The notes beneath the pieces were generated by a model. That model was not told the origin of the DNA, ran no database searches, and worked only from the letters and a program-made list of their open reading frames with translations. A stretch of 64,000 bases of DNA from an uncultured Lishizhenia sp. (GTDB taxonomy: Bacteria; Bacteroidota; Bacteroidia; Flavobacteriales_D; Crocinitomicaceae), in the NCBI GenBank assembly GCA_964540625.1, contig CAZINO010000001.1:3448-67447 (forward strand). The letters are read 5' to 3'. Below, piece by piece: positions 56,449 through 64,000 of the stretch. Within the stretch, counting starts at the first letter, position 1. Every line of letters begins with the position of its first letter. Made by a program: the position numbers and the translations under genes.

Positions 56449-59400
56449 TATTGAATTTTATAAGAGAAACCAAATTGGAAAGTAGTTCCATAACGGAAGC
56501 GGTCAAAATCAACATAAGAGCCGTCCGAAAGTTGATATGCCCTGCGAACAGGTGCATTAAGTATATCTCTCACAGTTAAGCTCATGGCGTAATGTTTGCC
56601 AAGTGTTTTTGAAACTTTAAAATCAACAGTATGGCGAGGCATTTCGTATACATTGGCAAAGCCTTTTAAAATACCGGCAATTACCAAGCGTGGGCCTTGA
56701 ACATTGTATGAAACAGTTGCTGTGAGGCCAAGTGAATCTGAATTATAGCTTAGAATTCCATTGACAATGTATGGCGCTTGCCCAAACATGGTGCGCACTA
56801 CAGTATCAACGGGGAAATACTCAATTTGATTATTATTCAAGATGATAAAGTCCTTTCTAACAAACTGAGATTGCGACTTAACAACCGTCACATTAGACCT
56901 AAACTCCAGGTGCTTACCAAAATTTTTACCGACCTCAAATTCTAGTCCAGCTACGTATGAATTCTCGTTGTTGTCCCAGGTGATACCTGAGCTACCAAAA
57001 CCCATTTCAATGTGGTTCAAGAAGGTCTTGTAAAAAGCACTGACAGAGAAATTGTCTTTATTTGCAAAGTATGACTCATAACGCAAGTCGTAATTGGTAA
57101 TGTTGGTCAGCTTCAAGTTAGAATTCCCATAAATTAAAGTACGGAATTCATTGTCATATACAGCCGCATCGTTCATTTCGCGAATGTTTGGGCGTGCTAC
57201 ACTTTTGCTGTAATTCAAACGCAAATTGGTGATGGTATTCTTTTCGGATTGAAACTTAAAAATCATACTTCCCGACGGCAAGAAAGACCATTCATCTAAA
57301 ATCCCCGGATTGATGATTGGGTAGCCCGGTACACTCACCCTTCGGCCGTCATTGCGCTCATAACCGAGCACATGGTATTTATATACATCTGAAAAAAGTG
57401 CAACGTGCTCAGCGCGTAAACCGCCATTGAAGCGAATGATTTTATTGAACTCAAAATCCAAAAGGCCATATGCTGCAGTAATGGCATTGGTACCAATGGT
57501 GTGGTTCCAATCCCAATTGCGAGGATCGTAATAATAATTGAGGAAGCCGTTTTGCATGACCATTTGGTTCGTATCCAAAAATGCATCCAAATCTTCATTT
57601 TGAAGTGTGGTCGGAATCGCATTACCAGCCATCAAAAAGTACTCCTCCATTTTAGAGTTACGGTCGGTACTTTGAAAAGCACCACCAAATTTGAGCTTTC
57701 GGATCAGCTTCACGCTGTCAGCAGCTAATGGCACTTCGAGTGATAATCGAGAATCAAAAAGGTTTTCATCTAAATAGCGGTTATAGCGGCGTATGCCATC
57801 GCCTGCATTCGGAGAAAACTGGTAACTACCTATGAGTTCATTAAATGAGGAGAATGCAACATATTCTGTCAACTTAAAATCTGGCACGACGCTAGAACCG
57901 TCGGTGTAAGAAGCATTAGCATCTATTTTGATACGCAACCTCGGAACATAGTGCTGAGAGGCATATTGGTAAATGCGCTGCTGACGCTGCTCATAAAAAA
58001 TATTCTTTCTTACACTCAACTCTTCATTGGATTCTCCGATGGGTTGAGTCATAAATGAAGCCACATCATTCGTCCCTGAAACATTTGGCATGAGAAGTAA
58101 TGAAAACTTATTGTTGTCATTGATTTTATAGGCCAAATTCAACAACATGCTCCACGAATTTATCTCGCGACTCATGAGTGCATCATCGGTAAACAAGATT
58201 TGATAGTCGAGGTCTTCCGGACCAATTCTTTGAGAAATTCCATTAGGGTCGAATCGCACACTGTTTCCGTATCTAAAACCAAAGATGTAGCCCAAGGGCT
58301 TCCCAAGGAAATCTACTTGGTTACCGATACTGAAACTTTGCGTGAAATTGATGGGCGCTCTTCTAAACTTTGTGTTCCAAGAATTGGAAAAACCATTATT
58401 ATAACTTGTGCCATTGGGATTGATGAGCGACCAGGCCTGCGGCTTCAACGTTGAATTGAAGGTGGTAAGGGCAGCCAAAACAGCCGTTGGGTCATTAACT
58501 TGCGACGGATTAAGCAGTCCCAACTCAACCATACCCAATGCCATGTAGGTTTGGTTTTCATTACTCGCATCTTGCCATCCTGTCACACCTAAATTGGCAT
58601 AAAATTCGCCTAAACCTAGTGCAACCATTGTTTGGTAATTGCTTGGACTTAGATTTGGTTTGGCAAAATTGATACCATCATTGAAACCTCTAAAACCGTT
58701 GTCAAAGCCTAACCAGTCTGTGCCGCTTCTGTCAGAAGTAATGAAATCCTTGAAAGTAGACTGCACGTTGTAACCAAACTGAGACTCCACATTCACCATC
58801 AATTTATCCGGATAATCTTTAGTCTCGACTGAAATATAAGCCCCGGCCCAATCGCCAGGTAAATCTGGGGCTTGTGTTTTGGAGATTACTATATTATCAA
58901 TTAATGCCGTAGGGAAAATGTCTAACTTGATGTTATTAGTCAGTGGGTCTAGCGTTGGAATGCGTGAACCATTGAAATTGGTGCGAATGTAGCGGTCTCC
59001 AATACCACGCACGGTAATCATACCGCCGTTGGTAGAAACACCAGAAACCCTAGCTACAGCATTGGTAACGTTGGCATCGCCGGTTTTCTTCATGGTTTCG
59101 CTCGAAATGTAGTCAATCGAAACAGGTGAACTCACCTTCACGCGCTCCATATAATAGTCATTTGCTTTGGTGGCTTTACGCGTTACGGTGGTTCCTTTTA
59201 CTTCTTGAATTTTTTCGCGTTCTTTCATAGTGAAGTCTTGGACCACGACTTCATTATTTTGAAGTTGTAATACTTTGGATAGTGTATCATAACCTAAAAG
59301 TGTGATGCGCAATTGATGCGGTTTGGCATCTGGGAACTTCAAGGAATAAAGGCCATCCATGTCGGTTTTACCAAGAAATCCGGAGGTATCAGAAAGAATT

Positions 59401-59519
59401 ACTTTGGCTCCGTTTACTGGCTCACCATTGACATCAACCACTTTACCTCTTACCGTACCCTGAGCAAAAGAAACAACCCCTACCAAAAGGCAGATAAAAA
59501 ATAATTTGAAACGCAACAT
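56448..59519 (-). CDS. TonB-dependent receptor with N-terminal carboxypeptidase-regulatory-like domain; no adjacent SusD/RagB gene
   Basis: GTVRGKVVDVNGEPVNGAKVIL...GLYSL (CarbopepD_reg-like). Plug VSIDYISSETMKKTGDANVTNAVARVSGVS...ITVRGIGDRYIRTNFNGSRIPTLDP...LDIFPTALIDNIVISKTQAPDLPGDWAGAYISVETK. A long beta-barrel follows. 1023 aa. Confidence 0.88.
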   Translation of the reverse strand: MLRFKLFFICLLVGVVSFAQGTVRGKVVDVNGEPVNGAKVILSDTSGFLGKTDMDGLYSLKFPDAKPHQLRITLLGYDTLSKVLQLQNNEVVVQDFTMKEREKIQEVKGTTVTRKATKANDYYMERVKVSSPVSIDYISSETMKKTGDANVTNAVARVSGVSTNGGMITVRGIGDRYIRTNFNGSRIPTLDPLTNNIKLDIFPTALIDNIVISKTQAPDLPGDWAGAYISVETKDYPDKLMVNVESQFGYNVQSTFKDFITSDRSGTDWLGFDNGFRGFNDGINFAKPNLSPSNYQTMVALGLGEFYANLGVTGWQDASNENQTYMALGMVELGLLNPSQVNDPTAVLAALTTFNSTLKPQAWSLINPNGTSYNNGFSNSWNTKFRRAPINFTQSFSIGNQVDFLGKPLGYIFGFRYGNSVRFDPNGISQRIGPEDLDYQILFTDDALMSREINSWSMLLNLAYKINDNNKFSLLLMPNVSGTNDVASFMTQPIGESNEELSVRKNIFYEQRQQRIYQYASQHYVPRLRIKIDANASYTDGSSVVPDFKLTEYVAFSSFNELIGSYQFSPNAGDGIRRYNRYLDENLFDSRLSLEVPLAADSVKLIRKLKFGGAFQSTDRNSKMEEYFLMAGNAIPTTLQNEDLDAFLDTNQMVMQNGFLNYYYDPRNWDWNHTIGTNAITAAYGLLDFEFNKIIRFNGGLRAEHVALFSDVYKYHVLGYERNDGRRVSVPGYPIINPGILDEWSFLPSGSMIFKFQSEKNTITNLRLNYSKSVARPNIREMNDAAVYDNEFRTLIYGNSNLKLTNITNYDLRYESYFANKDNFSVSAFYKTFLNHIEMGFGSSGITWDNNENSYVAGLEFEVGKNFGKHLEFRSNVTVVKSQSQFVRKDFIILNNNQIEYFPVDTVVRTMFGQAPYIVNGILSYNSDSLGLTATVSYNVQGPRLVIAGILKGFANVYEMPRHTVDFKVSKTLGKHYAMSLTVRDILNAPVRRAYQLSDGSYVDFDRFRYGTTFQFGFSYKIQ

Positions 59520-59522
59520 GAA

Positions 59523-60617
59523 TTAAAGTTTGATGATTCTTTGGGTTGCTTGGCTTTTTGTACCTTTTACCTTAAGGATATAAACACCGGCAGGTAAAGT
59601 TTGAACATCCAATTTTTGACTGTTCGTCATAAATGGTACAGCCATGAGTGTTTTACCTTCAAGGTCTAACACTTCAAGTTGGTATGTGTCCATTTGTTCT
59701 TGTGTTAACCAATTTAGCTGCAATAGATCAGCCGTAGGGTTCGGAAATACAACTAGGTTATTCATTGGGTCAGGAATTAAATTTTCGTCAACACTAGCAC
59801 TAGGATTTGAGTTATAGATGAGCGTAGAATCCGTAAATTCACCAGTGCCTGGGAAATTGGCAACATACGTTTCACTGCCACCGGCAATTGGTGTTGCAAT
59901 CTGCAAATTGAGTTCAAAAGAGAAGTCACCGTCGGTCGTAAACTGCCCGAGTAAAACATGATTGGAAGGCGTTACACCTTCTACACCACCCAGCGCTGCA
60001 ATTGCGCCATCACTAATGACTATAATACCTCCAACAACTTGGTCTATTACATCCAACTCATTTGTTACGCCCAACACATTCGGGACAATTGGTGTACCAG
60101 GCATTAGACCATCTACACCGTTAGCACCCATAATTGGAGCACCCATTGCAGCCACAAAATTGGTGAGTATTCCCTGATTATTTCCAATGGTACCATCTGT
60201 GTCTTCTGATTTGAGAACACCAACCTGACCTGAGCAAACACCACCAATTGTCAAATACGAGTCGATGAGTGTGGTATTTTTCTTGGTGTTATTTAAACTT
60301 GTTCCTTGATAAACAGAAACACCGTAATTTGGGTCATTAAAAAAAGCTGTAGTTGTGTTGAACTTCAATTCATGACCAGGTAAGCCAAACATTTGAATCA
60401 CTTTATATCCGGGTAATAGATTCGCGTAAATGCGATATGTCACAGATCCGGTACGAAGCGGATAGGCAGCCAACTGGTCTACAGCGTTCATGGAATCTGC
60501 CATATCAGATACATAGTATTTTTCTACGACTATGCCTTCTAATCCTTGTTGAGCAAATGAATTGTAATTAAAACATACAGCTAAAAATGCACCAATAGTA
60601 ATTTTTATATTTTTCAT
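59523..60617 (-). CDS. 364-aa secreted protein: VEKYY domain + T9SS type A sorting domain
   Basis: GLEGIVVEKYY..VTYRIYANL..AFFNDP..IDSYLTIGG..GVLKSEDTDGT..ISDGAIAALGG..VLLGQFTTDGDFSFELNLQIA. CTD VVFPNPTADLLQL...AGVYILKV. Confidence 0.8.
   Translation of the reverse strand: MKNIKITIGAFLAVCFNYNSFAQQGLEGIVVEKYYVSDMADSMNAVDQLAAYPLRTGSVTYRIYANLLPGYKVIQMFGLPGHELKFNTTTAFFNDPNYGVSVYQGTSLNNTKKNTTLIDSYLTIGGVCSGQVGVLKSEDTDGTIGNNQGILTNFVAAMGAPIMGANGVDGLMPGTPIVPNVLGVTNELDVIDQVVGGIIVISDGAIAALGGVEGVTPSNHVLLGQFTTDGDFSFELNLQIATPIAGGSETYVANFPGTGEFTDSTLIYNSNPSASVDENLIPDPMNNLVVFPNPTADLLQLNWLTQEQMDTYQLEVLDLEGKTLMAVPFMTNSQKLDVQTLPAGVYILKVKGTKSQATQRIIKL
59808..60548 (-). other. VEKYY domain, copy 2 (364-aa protein, aa 24-270)
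   Basis: Closest paralogue of the copy in the 1207-aa protein. Confidence 0.7.
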
Positions 60618-61432
60618 TTTTTGGGTTTTTGTATAAGTGTTGGGTGGGTTAATTCCTCCGCGCTTGGGTTGGTTGCTACGTAGCGAATAGATTTACCGTC
60701 AGGCGTCCCAATTTGAATATTCAATTCATAAGAGAGCTTTCCTGCGGTGGTGAGCTGAGCAATCAATATAGCGTTCTTGTATGGTTTAGGAGCAGCTGCG
60801 CCTTTGCCCAAACACGCCCATGCGCCATCGGTAACTATAACTTCACTTTGATTAGACTCAGCAAACAAGCCTTTTAAGGGCTCATCCAATTGATAAATGG
60901 TCAACTGCGGCAAACTATCTGAACCTCGGTAAATCATACCTGGTGCATCGCGGAATGAAAATTCAGCATCACGATCTTTCGTATTTTCAAAATAACCCTT
61001 CTCCCATTCGATAACCACCGGTAACGGTTTAGTCTGGTATTTCAACGGTACAGCAAAAAATGATTCCGCGCAAGCTCCAATTGTAATCCAAGAATCTAGT
61101 ATCGTTAAGTTTTTCTTTAATGACTTATCTGGTATCACGTTTGGATGTGAATTTCCAATTCCAGGATGGTTATAAAAGTTTTTAGTACTGGTTAATCTCA
61201 ATGGATGTTCTGGCATCCCATAAACTGCCTGAAGGGTGTAGCCACTATCAAGCTCGACAAAGATGCGGTAAGTAACAAGTCCTTTTTCTTTGGCACCGCT
61301 TACGTTACTTTTCTGATAATCGTTTTTAGAAAGCGTATAATATTTTTCAACAAAAACTTCCTTCAAACCAACTTGGGCTGAAACAAAATTTGAGACAATA
61401 ACTACTAGTGTAAAAAGTACAATTCTAAGCAT
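60614..61432 (-). CDS. 272-aa secreted protein consisting only of a signal peptide and a VEKYY domain (no anchor)
   Basis: GLKEVFVEKYY..VTYRIFVEL..NFYNHP..LDSWITIG..VTDGAWACLG..ILIAQLTTAGKLSYELNIQIG. The track start at 61438 is TTG; I use ATG 61432 (MLRIVLFTLVV). Confidence 0.75.
   Translation of the reverse strand: MLRIVLFTLVVIVSNFVSAQVGLKEVFVEKYYTLSKNDYQKSNVSGAKEKGLVTYRIFVELDSGYTLQAVYGMPEHPLRLTSTKNFYNHPGIGNSHPNVIPDKSLKKNLTILDSWITIGACAESFFAVPLKYQTKPLPVVIEWEKGYFENTKDRDAEFSFRDAPGMIYRGSDSLPQLTIYQLDEPLKGLFAESNQSEVIVTDGAWACLGKGAAAPKPYKNAILIAQLTTAGKLSYELNIQIGTPDGKSIRYVATNPSAEELTHPTLIQKPKK
60635..61372 (-). other. VEKYY domain, copy 1
   Basis: Most divergent copy. The central Gly/Asp-rich segment is replaced by a Lys/Glu-rich one (KYQTKPLPVVIEWEKGYFENTKDRDAEF). 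Confidence 0.65.
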
Positions 61433-61435
61433 GTG

Positions 61436-61443
61436 CAAGTTTA
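61436..61443 (-). promoter_or_regulatory. Near-consensus -7 box TAAACTTG directly upstream of the first operon gene
   Basis: The reverse complement of caagttta (61436-61443) is TAAACTTG, with one mismatch to TAnnTTTG. It lies 3 nt before ATG 61432, the same geometry as the perfect box before the hydrolase gene at 15469. Confidence 0.3.
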
Positions 61444-61537
61444 CGCACGCTAAATTTAAAGTACTTTACCGGCTTATTAAGATTAGTTTAGCAATTGGTC
61501 AATGGATTGTTAGGGCATTAAAAGTCCTATTCTGTGC

Positions 61538-61565
61538 ATAAAAAAAGCCATCCGAAGATGGCTTT
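61538..61565 (-). terminator. Intrinsic terminator of sucC with cUUCGg tetraloop; right copy of the 29-nt identical direct repeat (61537-61565)
   Basis: cataaaaaaagccatccgaagatggcttt is identical to 46380-46408. Confidence 0.85.
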
Positions 61566-61587
61566 CAATTATTTATGAGTTTGGTGC

Positions 61588-62799
61588 TTACGCCAATACT
61601 TCTTTTACCAAATCGGCAGCTTCTTGGAGTTGTACTGCTGAATGTACGTTGAGGCCAGATTCGTCGATGAGGCGCTTGGCTTCTTCGGCGTTTGTGCCCT
61701 GAAGGCGAACGATAATTGGAACAGGGATTTCACCGATGTTTTTGTAGGCGTCTACGATACCTTGTGCAACGCGATCACAGCGAACGATACCACCAAAAAT
61801 ATTGATGAGGATGGCTTTGACGTTCGGATCTTTCAAGATGATATGAAAAGCTTTTTCTACGCGCTCAGCGTTTGCAGTACCTCCAACATCAAGGAAGTTG
61901 GCCGGGTTACCACCTGATAGTTTAATGATGTCCATGGTAGCCATTGCGAGGCCTGCGCCGTTGACCATACAACCAACGTTACCGTCGAGTTTAACGAAAT
62001 TAAGGCCAGCTTCGTCGGCTTCGACTTCGGTTGGGTCTTCTTCTGATTTATCGCGCAATGCAGCGAGGTCTGGATGACGGAATAAACCGTTGCCATCTAG
62101 GCTTACTTTGGCATCGACAGCAATGATTTTGTCGTCAGAGGTCTTGAAAAGTGGGTTGATTTCAAACATAGATGCGTCGATACCCACATATGCATTGTAA
62201 AGTGCAGGAACGAATTTAACCATGTTCTTAAAGGCCTCGCCTGAAAGGCCAAGGTTGAAAGCTATTTTGCGTGCTTGGAAACCTTGAAGGCCGACGCGCG
62301 GATCAATATGTTCTTTGAAAAGTTTTTCTGGGGTGTGCTCGGCGACGTGCTCGATGTCCATACCGCCTTCTGTGGAGTAAATGATCACATTGCGGCCAGA
62401 CTCGCGGTCCAACAACACAGACATATAAAATTCTTGTACTTCTGATGGGCCAGGATAGTAAACATCTTGGGCAATGAGCACTTGGTTTACTTTTTTGCCT
62501 TTTCCGTTGGTTTGAAGCGTAGTGAGGTGCCCACCTAGGATACCAGCAACTTTTTCTTCGACTTGATCGATGCCTTTGGCCAGAACAACACCATGCGAAC
62601 CTGTTTCTTCGACAGTACCTTTACCACGGCCACCGGCGTGAATTTGGGCTTTAACTACATACCAAGAGGTACCTGTTTCTTCTGTGAGTTGTTTAGCGGC
62701 AGGCACTGCTTTTTCAATGCTGTCAACTACAATACCTTCTTGAACGGCCACGCCGTATTTTTTGAGAATTGCTTTTCCTTGGAATTCGTGTAAGTTCAT
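61588..62799 (-). CDS. sucC: Succinate--CoA ligase (ADP-forming) beta subunit
   Basis: MNLHEFQGKAILKKYGV...VVKAQIHAGGRGK...GNVGCMVNGAGLAMATMD...NIFGGI.RCD. Start at ATG 62799. Confidence 0.93.
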   Translation of the reverse strand: MNLHEFQGKAILKKYGVAVQEGIVVDSIEKAVPAAKQLTEETGTSWYVVKAQIHAGGRGKGTVEETGSHGVVLAKGIDQVEEKVAGILGGHLTTLQTNGKGKKVNQVLIAQDVYYPGPSEVQEFYMSVLLDRESGRNVIIYSTEGGMDIEHVAEHTPEKLFKEHIDPRVGLQGFQARKIAFNLGLSGEAFKNMVKFVPALYNAYVGIDASMFEINPLFKTSDDKIIAVDAKVSLDGNGLFRHPDLAALRDKSEEDPTEVEADEAGLNFVKLDGNVGCMVNGAGLAMATMDIIKLSGGNPANFLDVGGTANAERVEKAFHIILKDPNVKAILINIFGGIVRCDRVAQGIVDAYKNIGEIPVPIIVRLQGTNAEEAKRLIDESGLNVHSAVQLQEAADLVKEVLA

Positions 62800-62865
62800 A
62801 CTGTCAAATTTGCGCCGTAAAAGTACGTTTTTTTCAAGAGCCAAAAACGGCTCATCTTAAATATT

Positions 62866-64000
62866 TTATCTGATTTGGTTTTTCCATGAAGAGGTGATGT
62901 CTCTGGATGCAAATGCTTTTTGCTTCATGGCTTGTACATCTTGCCAAATGGTATCGAGTGCAAATACCAATGCGCGTTCTTCTTCTTGCATGGCCTCTTT
63001 CAGTAAATTGGGGTCAGCAAAATGCGTCTTGACAAAATTGGTATCAAATTTACCACTCTGAAATGCTGGATGCTTGAGTACAAACTTACCAAAATCAAGG
63101 GTTGTTTTGACGCCAGAAATTTGGTAATTATCTATCGCTGCAATGCAGCGATCTATGGCTTCTTGACGCGTTTTACCCCAAACCACTAATTTGGCAATCA
63201 TTGGATCGTAATAAATAGGAATCTCCATGCCCTCCTCAAATGCGTCGTCAACGCGAATATAACGGCCAGACGGAATGCGGTAGCGGTCGAGGGTACCGAT
63301 GTCAGGCGTAAAGCCGTTGAGGGTGTCTTCGGCATAAACGCGGACTTCTATGGCGTGGCCATTGATTTGTAATTCATCTTGAAGCTTTGGTAAACGCTCG
63401 CCACGCGCTACGCGAATTTGCCATTCAACGAGGTCTAGGCCGGTAATTTCTTCGGTAACCGGATGCTCTACTTGCAAACGGGTATTCATTTCCAAGAAAT
63501 AAAAATTCAGACCTGCATCAATCAGAAATTCTACCGTACCCGCTCCTTCGTAAGCGCAAGCCTTACAAACGGCCACAGCTGCCTCGCCCATTTGTCGGCG
63601 GATTTCAGGGGTGAGTACCGCACTTGGTGCTTCTTCCACGACTTTCTGGTGACGGCGCTGTACAGAGCACTCGCGCTCAAATAAGTACACTACGTTTCCG
63701 TGTTGGTCTGCGAATACTTGTATTTCGATGTGTCTGGGTTGATCGACAAATTTTTCAATGAAAACAGCGTCGTCGCCAAAAGAAGAACGCGCTTCGTTTT
63801 GTGCGAGCGTCATTTGCTCTTCGAATTCGGCTTCATTCTGGACCAAGCGCATGCCTTTTCCACCGCCACCTGCCGAAGCCTTAATGAGGATCGGATAACC
63901 AACTTCTGCGGCAATTTTCTTGGCGGCTGAAACATCGGAAATCGCTTCGTCTACGCCCGGAACGAGTGGTACGTTGTACGATTTTACCGCTTGTTTGGCC
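62866..64000 (-). CDS. accC: Biotin carboxylase subunit (acetyl-CoA carboxylase type); N-terminus beyond the window edge
   Basis: The frame stays open upstream of the track start. My translation of 63853-64000 gives AKQAVKSYNVPLVPGVDEAISDVSAAKKIAAEVGYPILIKASAGGGGKGMRLV (ATP-grasp), followed by EMNTRLQVEHPVTE. Confidence 0.9.
   Translation of the reverse strand, partial: AKQAVKSYNVPLVPGVDEAISDVSAAKKIAAEVGYPILIKASAGGGGKGMRLVQNEAEFEEQMTLAQNEARSSFGDDAVFIEKFVDQPRHIEIQVFADQHGNVVYLFERECSVQRRHQKVVEEAPSAVLTPEIRRQMGEAAVAVCKACAYEGAGTVEFLIDAGLNFYFLEMNTRLQVEHPVTEEITGLDLVEWQIRVARGERLPKLQDELQINGHAIEVRVYAEDTLNGFTPDIGTLDRYRIPSGRYIRVDDAFEEGMEIPIYYDPMIAKLVVWGKTRQEAIDRCIAAIDNYQISGVKTTLDFGKFVLKHPAFQSGKFDTNFVKTHFADPNLLKEAMQEEERALVFALDTIWQDVQAMKQKAFASRDITSSWKNQIR

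Noticed and set aside
56448-56475. The TonB-dependent receptor ends in ...FGFSYKIQ rather than a terminal aromatic residue
   Set aside because: The penultimate strand still has the alternating aromatic pattern, and terminal non-aromatic residues do occur in Bacteroidota barrels. This is not enough to call the gene defective or unusual.
46416-61432. The nine-gene cluster as a classical mobile element (ICE, transposon or prophage)
   Set aside because: I saw no integrase, transposase, relaxase, tRNA attachment site or inverted terminal repeats. Only the 29-nt direct repeat supports block acquisition, so it is reported as a bracketed island and not as a mobile element.
1-64000. Search for CRISPR arrays, tRNA/rRNA genes, riboswitches upstream of ribD/folD/carB, and IS elements
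   Set aside because: By eye I saw no direct-repeat/spacer periodicity, no tRNA-like T-arm or acceptor structures, and no long structured leaders. The ribD leader is only 19 nt. I saw no transposase-like ORF. A covariance-model scan (Infernal/Rfam, tRNAscan-SE) would be needed to exclude small RNAs formally.

Overview
64-kb chromosomal window from a Bacteroidota genome. It looks Flavobacteriia-like: many T9SS type A and type B C-terminal sorting domains, TAnnTTTG -7 promoter boxes, bshA, and ATGA/TAATG-coupled genes. The genus cannot be determined by eye. I can support about 48 protein-coding genes. I saw no rRNA, tRNA, CRISPR array, transposase or integrase. Positions 1-46.3 kb carry ordinary housekeeping genes (alkB, ribD, nadK, pdxJ, dnaG, carB, dnaK, folD, meaB, elbB, bshA, an M16 peptidase pair, a dihydroorotase-like gene, icd) mixed with four giant secreted proteins: an SprB-repeat adhesin, a CotH-family protein and two T9SS type B cargo proteins. 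The part worth a second look is 46.4-61.4 kb. It holds nine same-strand (minus) genes inserted between sucC and icd and bracketed by two identical 29-nt terminator hairpins. It has two parts. (i) A tightly coupled six-gene operon encodes three secreted paralogues sharing an N-terminal domain of about 245 aa that I do not recognise ('VEKYY...QxTTxGxLSxELN'), a TonB-dependent receptor with no SusD partner, a Fibrobacter-type paralogous-domain lipoprotein and a small outer-membrane barrel. (ii) Three downstream genes are separated only by hairpins. One is a 727-aa beta-helix-like protein ending in a Cys-bracketed dockerin-like loop. The second is a 1207-aa T9SS protein with a fourth VEKYY domain, 3 Ig-like repeats, 2 cohesin-like modules and a dockerin-like loop. 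The third is a 407-aa protein with a cohesin-like module, 2 PKD domains and a T9SS CTD. I read this as a candidate undescribed T9SS-displayed surface capture and TonB-dependent uptake system with cohesin/dockerin-like assembly. All domain calls were made by eye from motifs and no HMM or BLAST was run.
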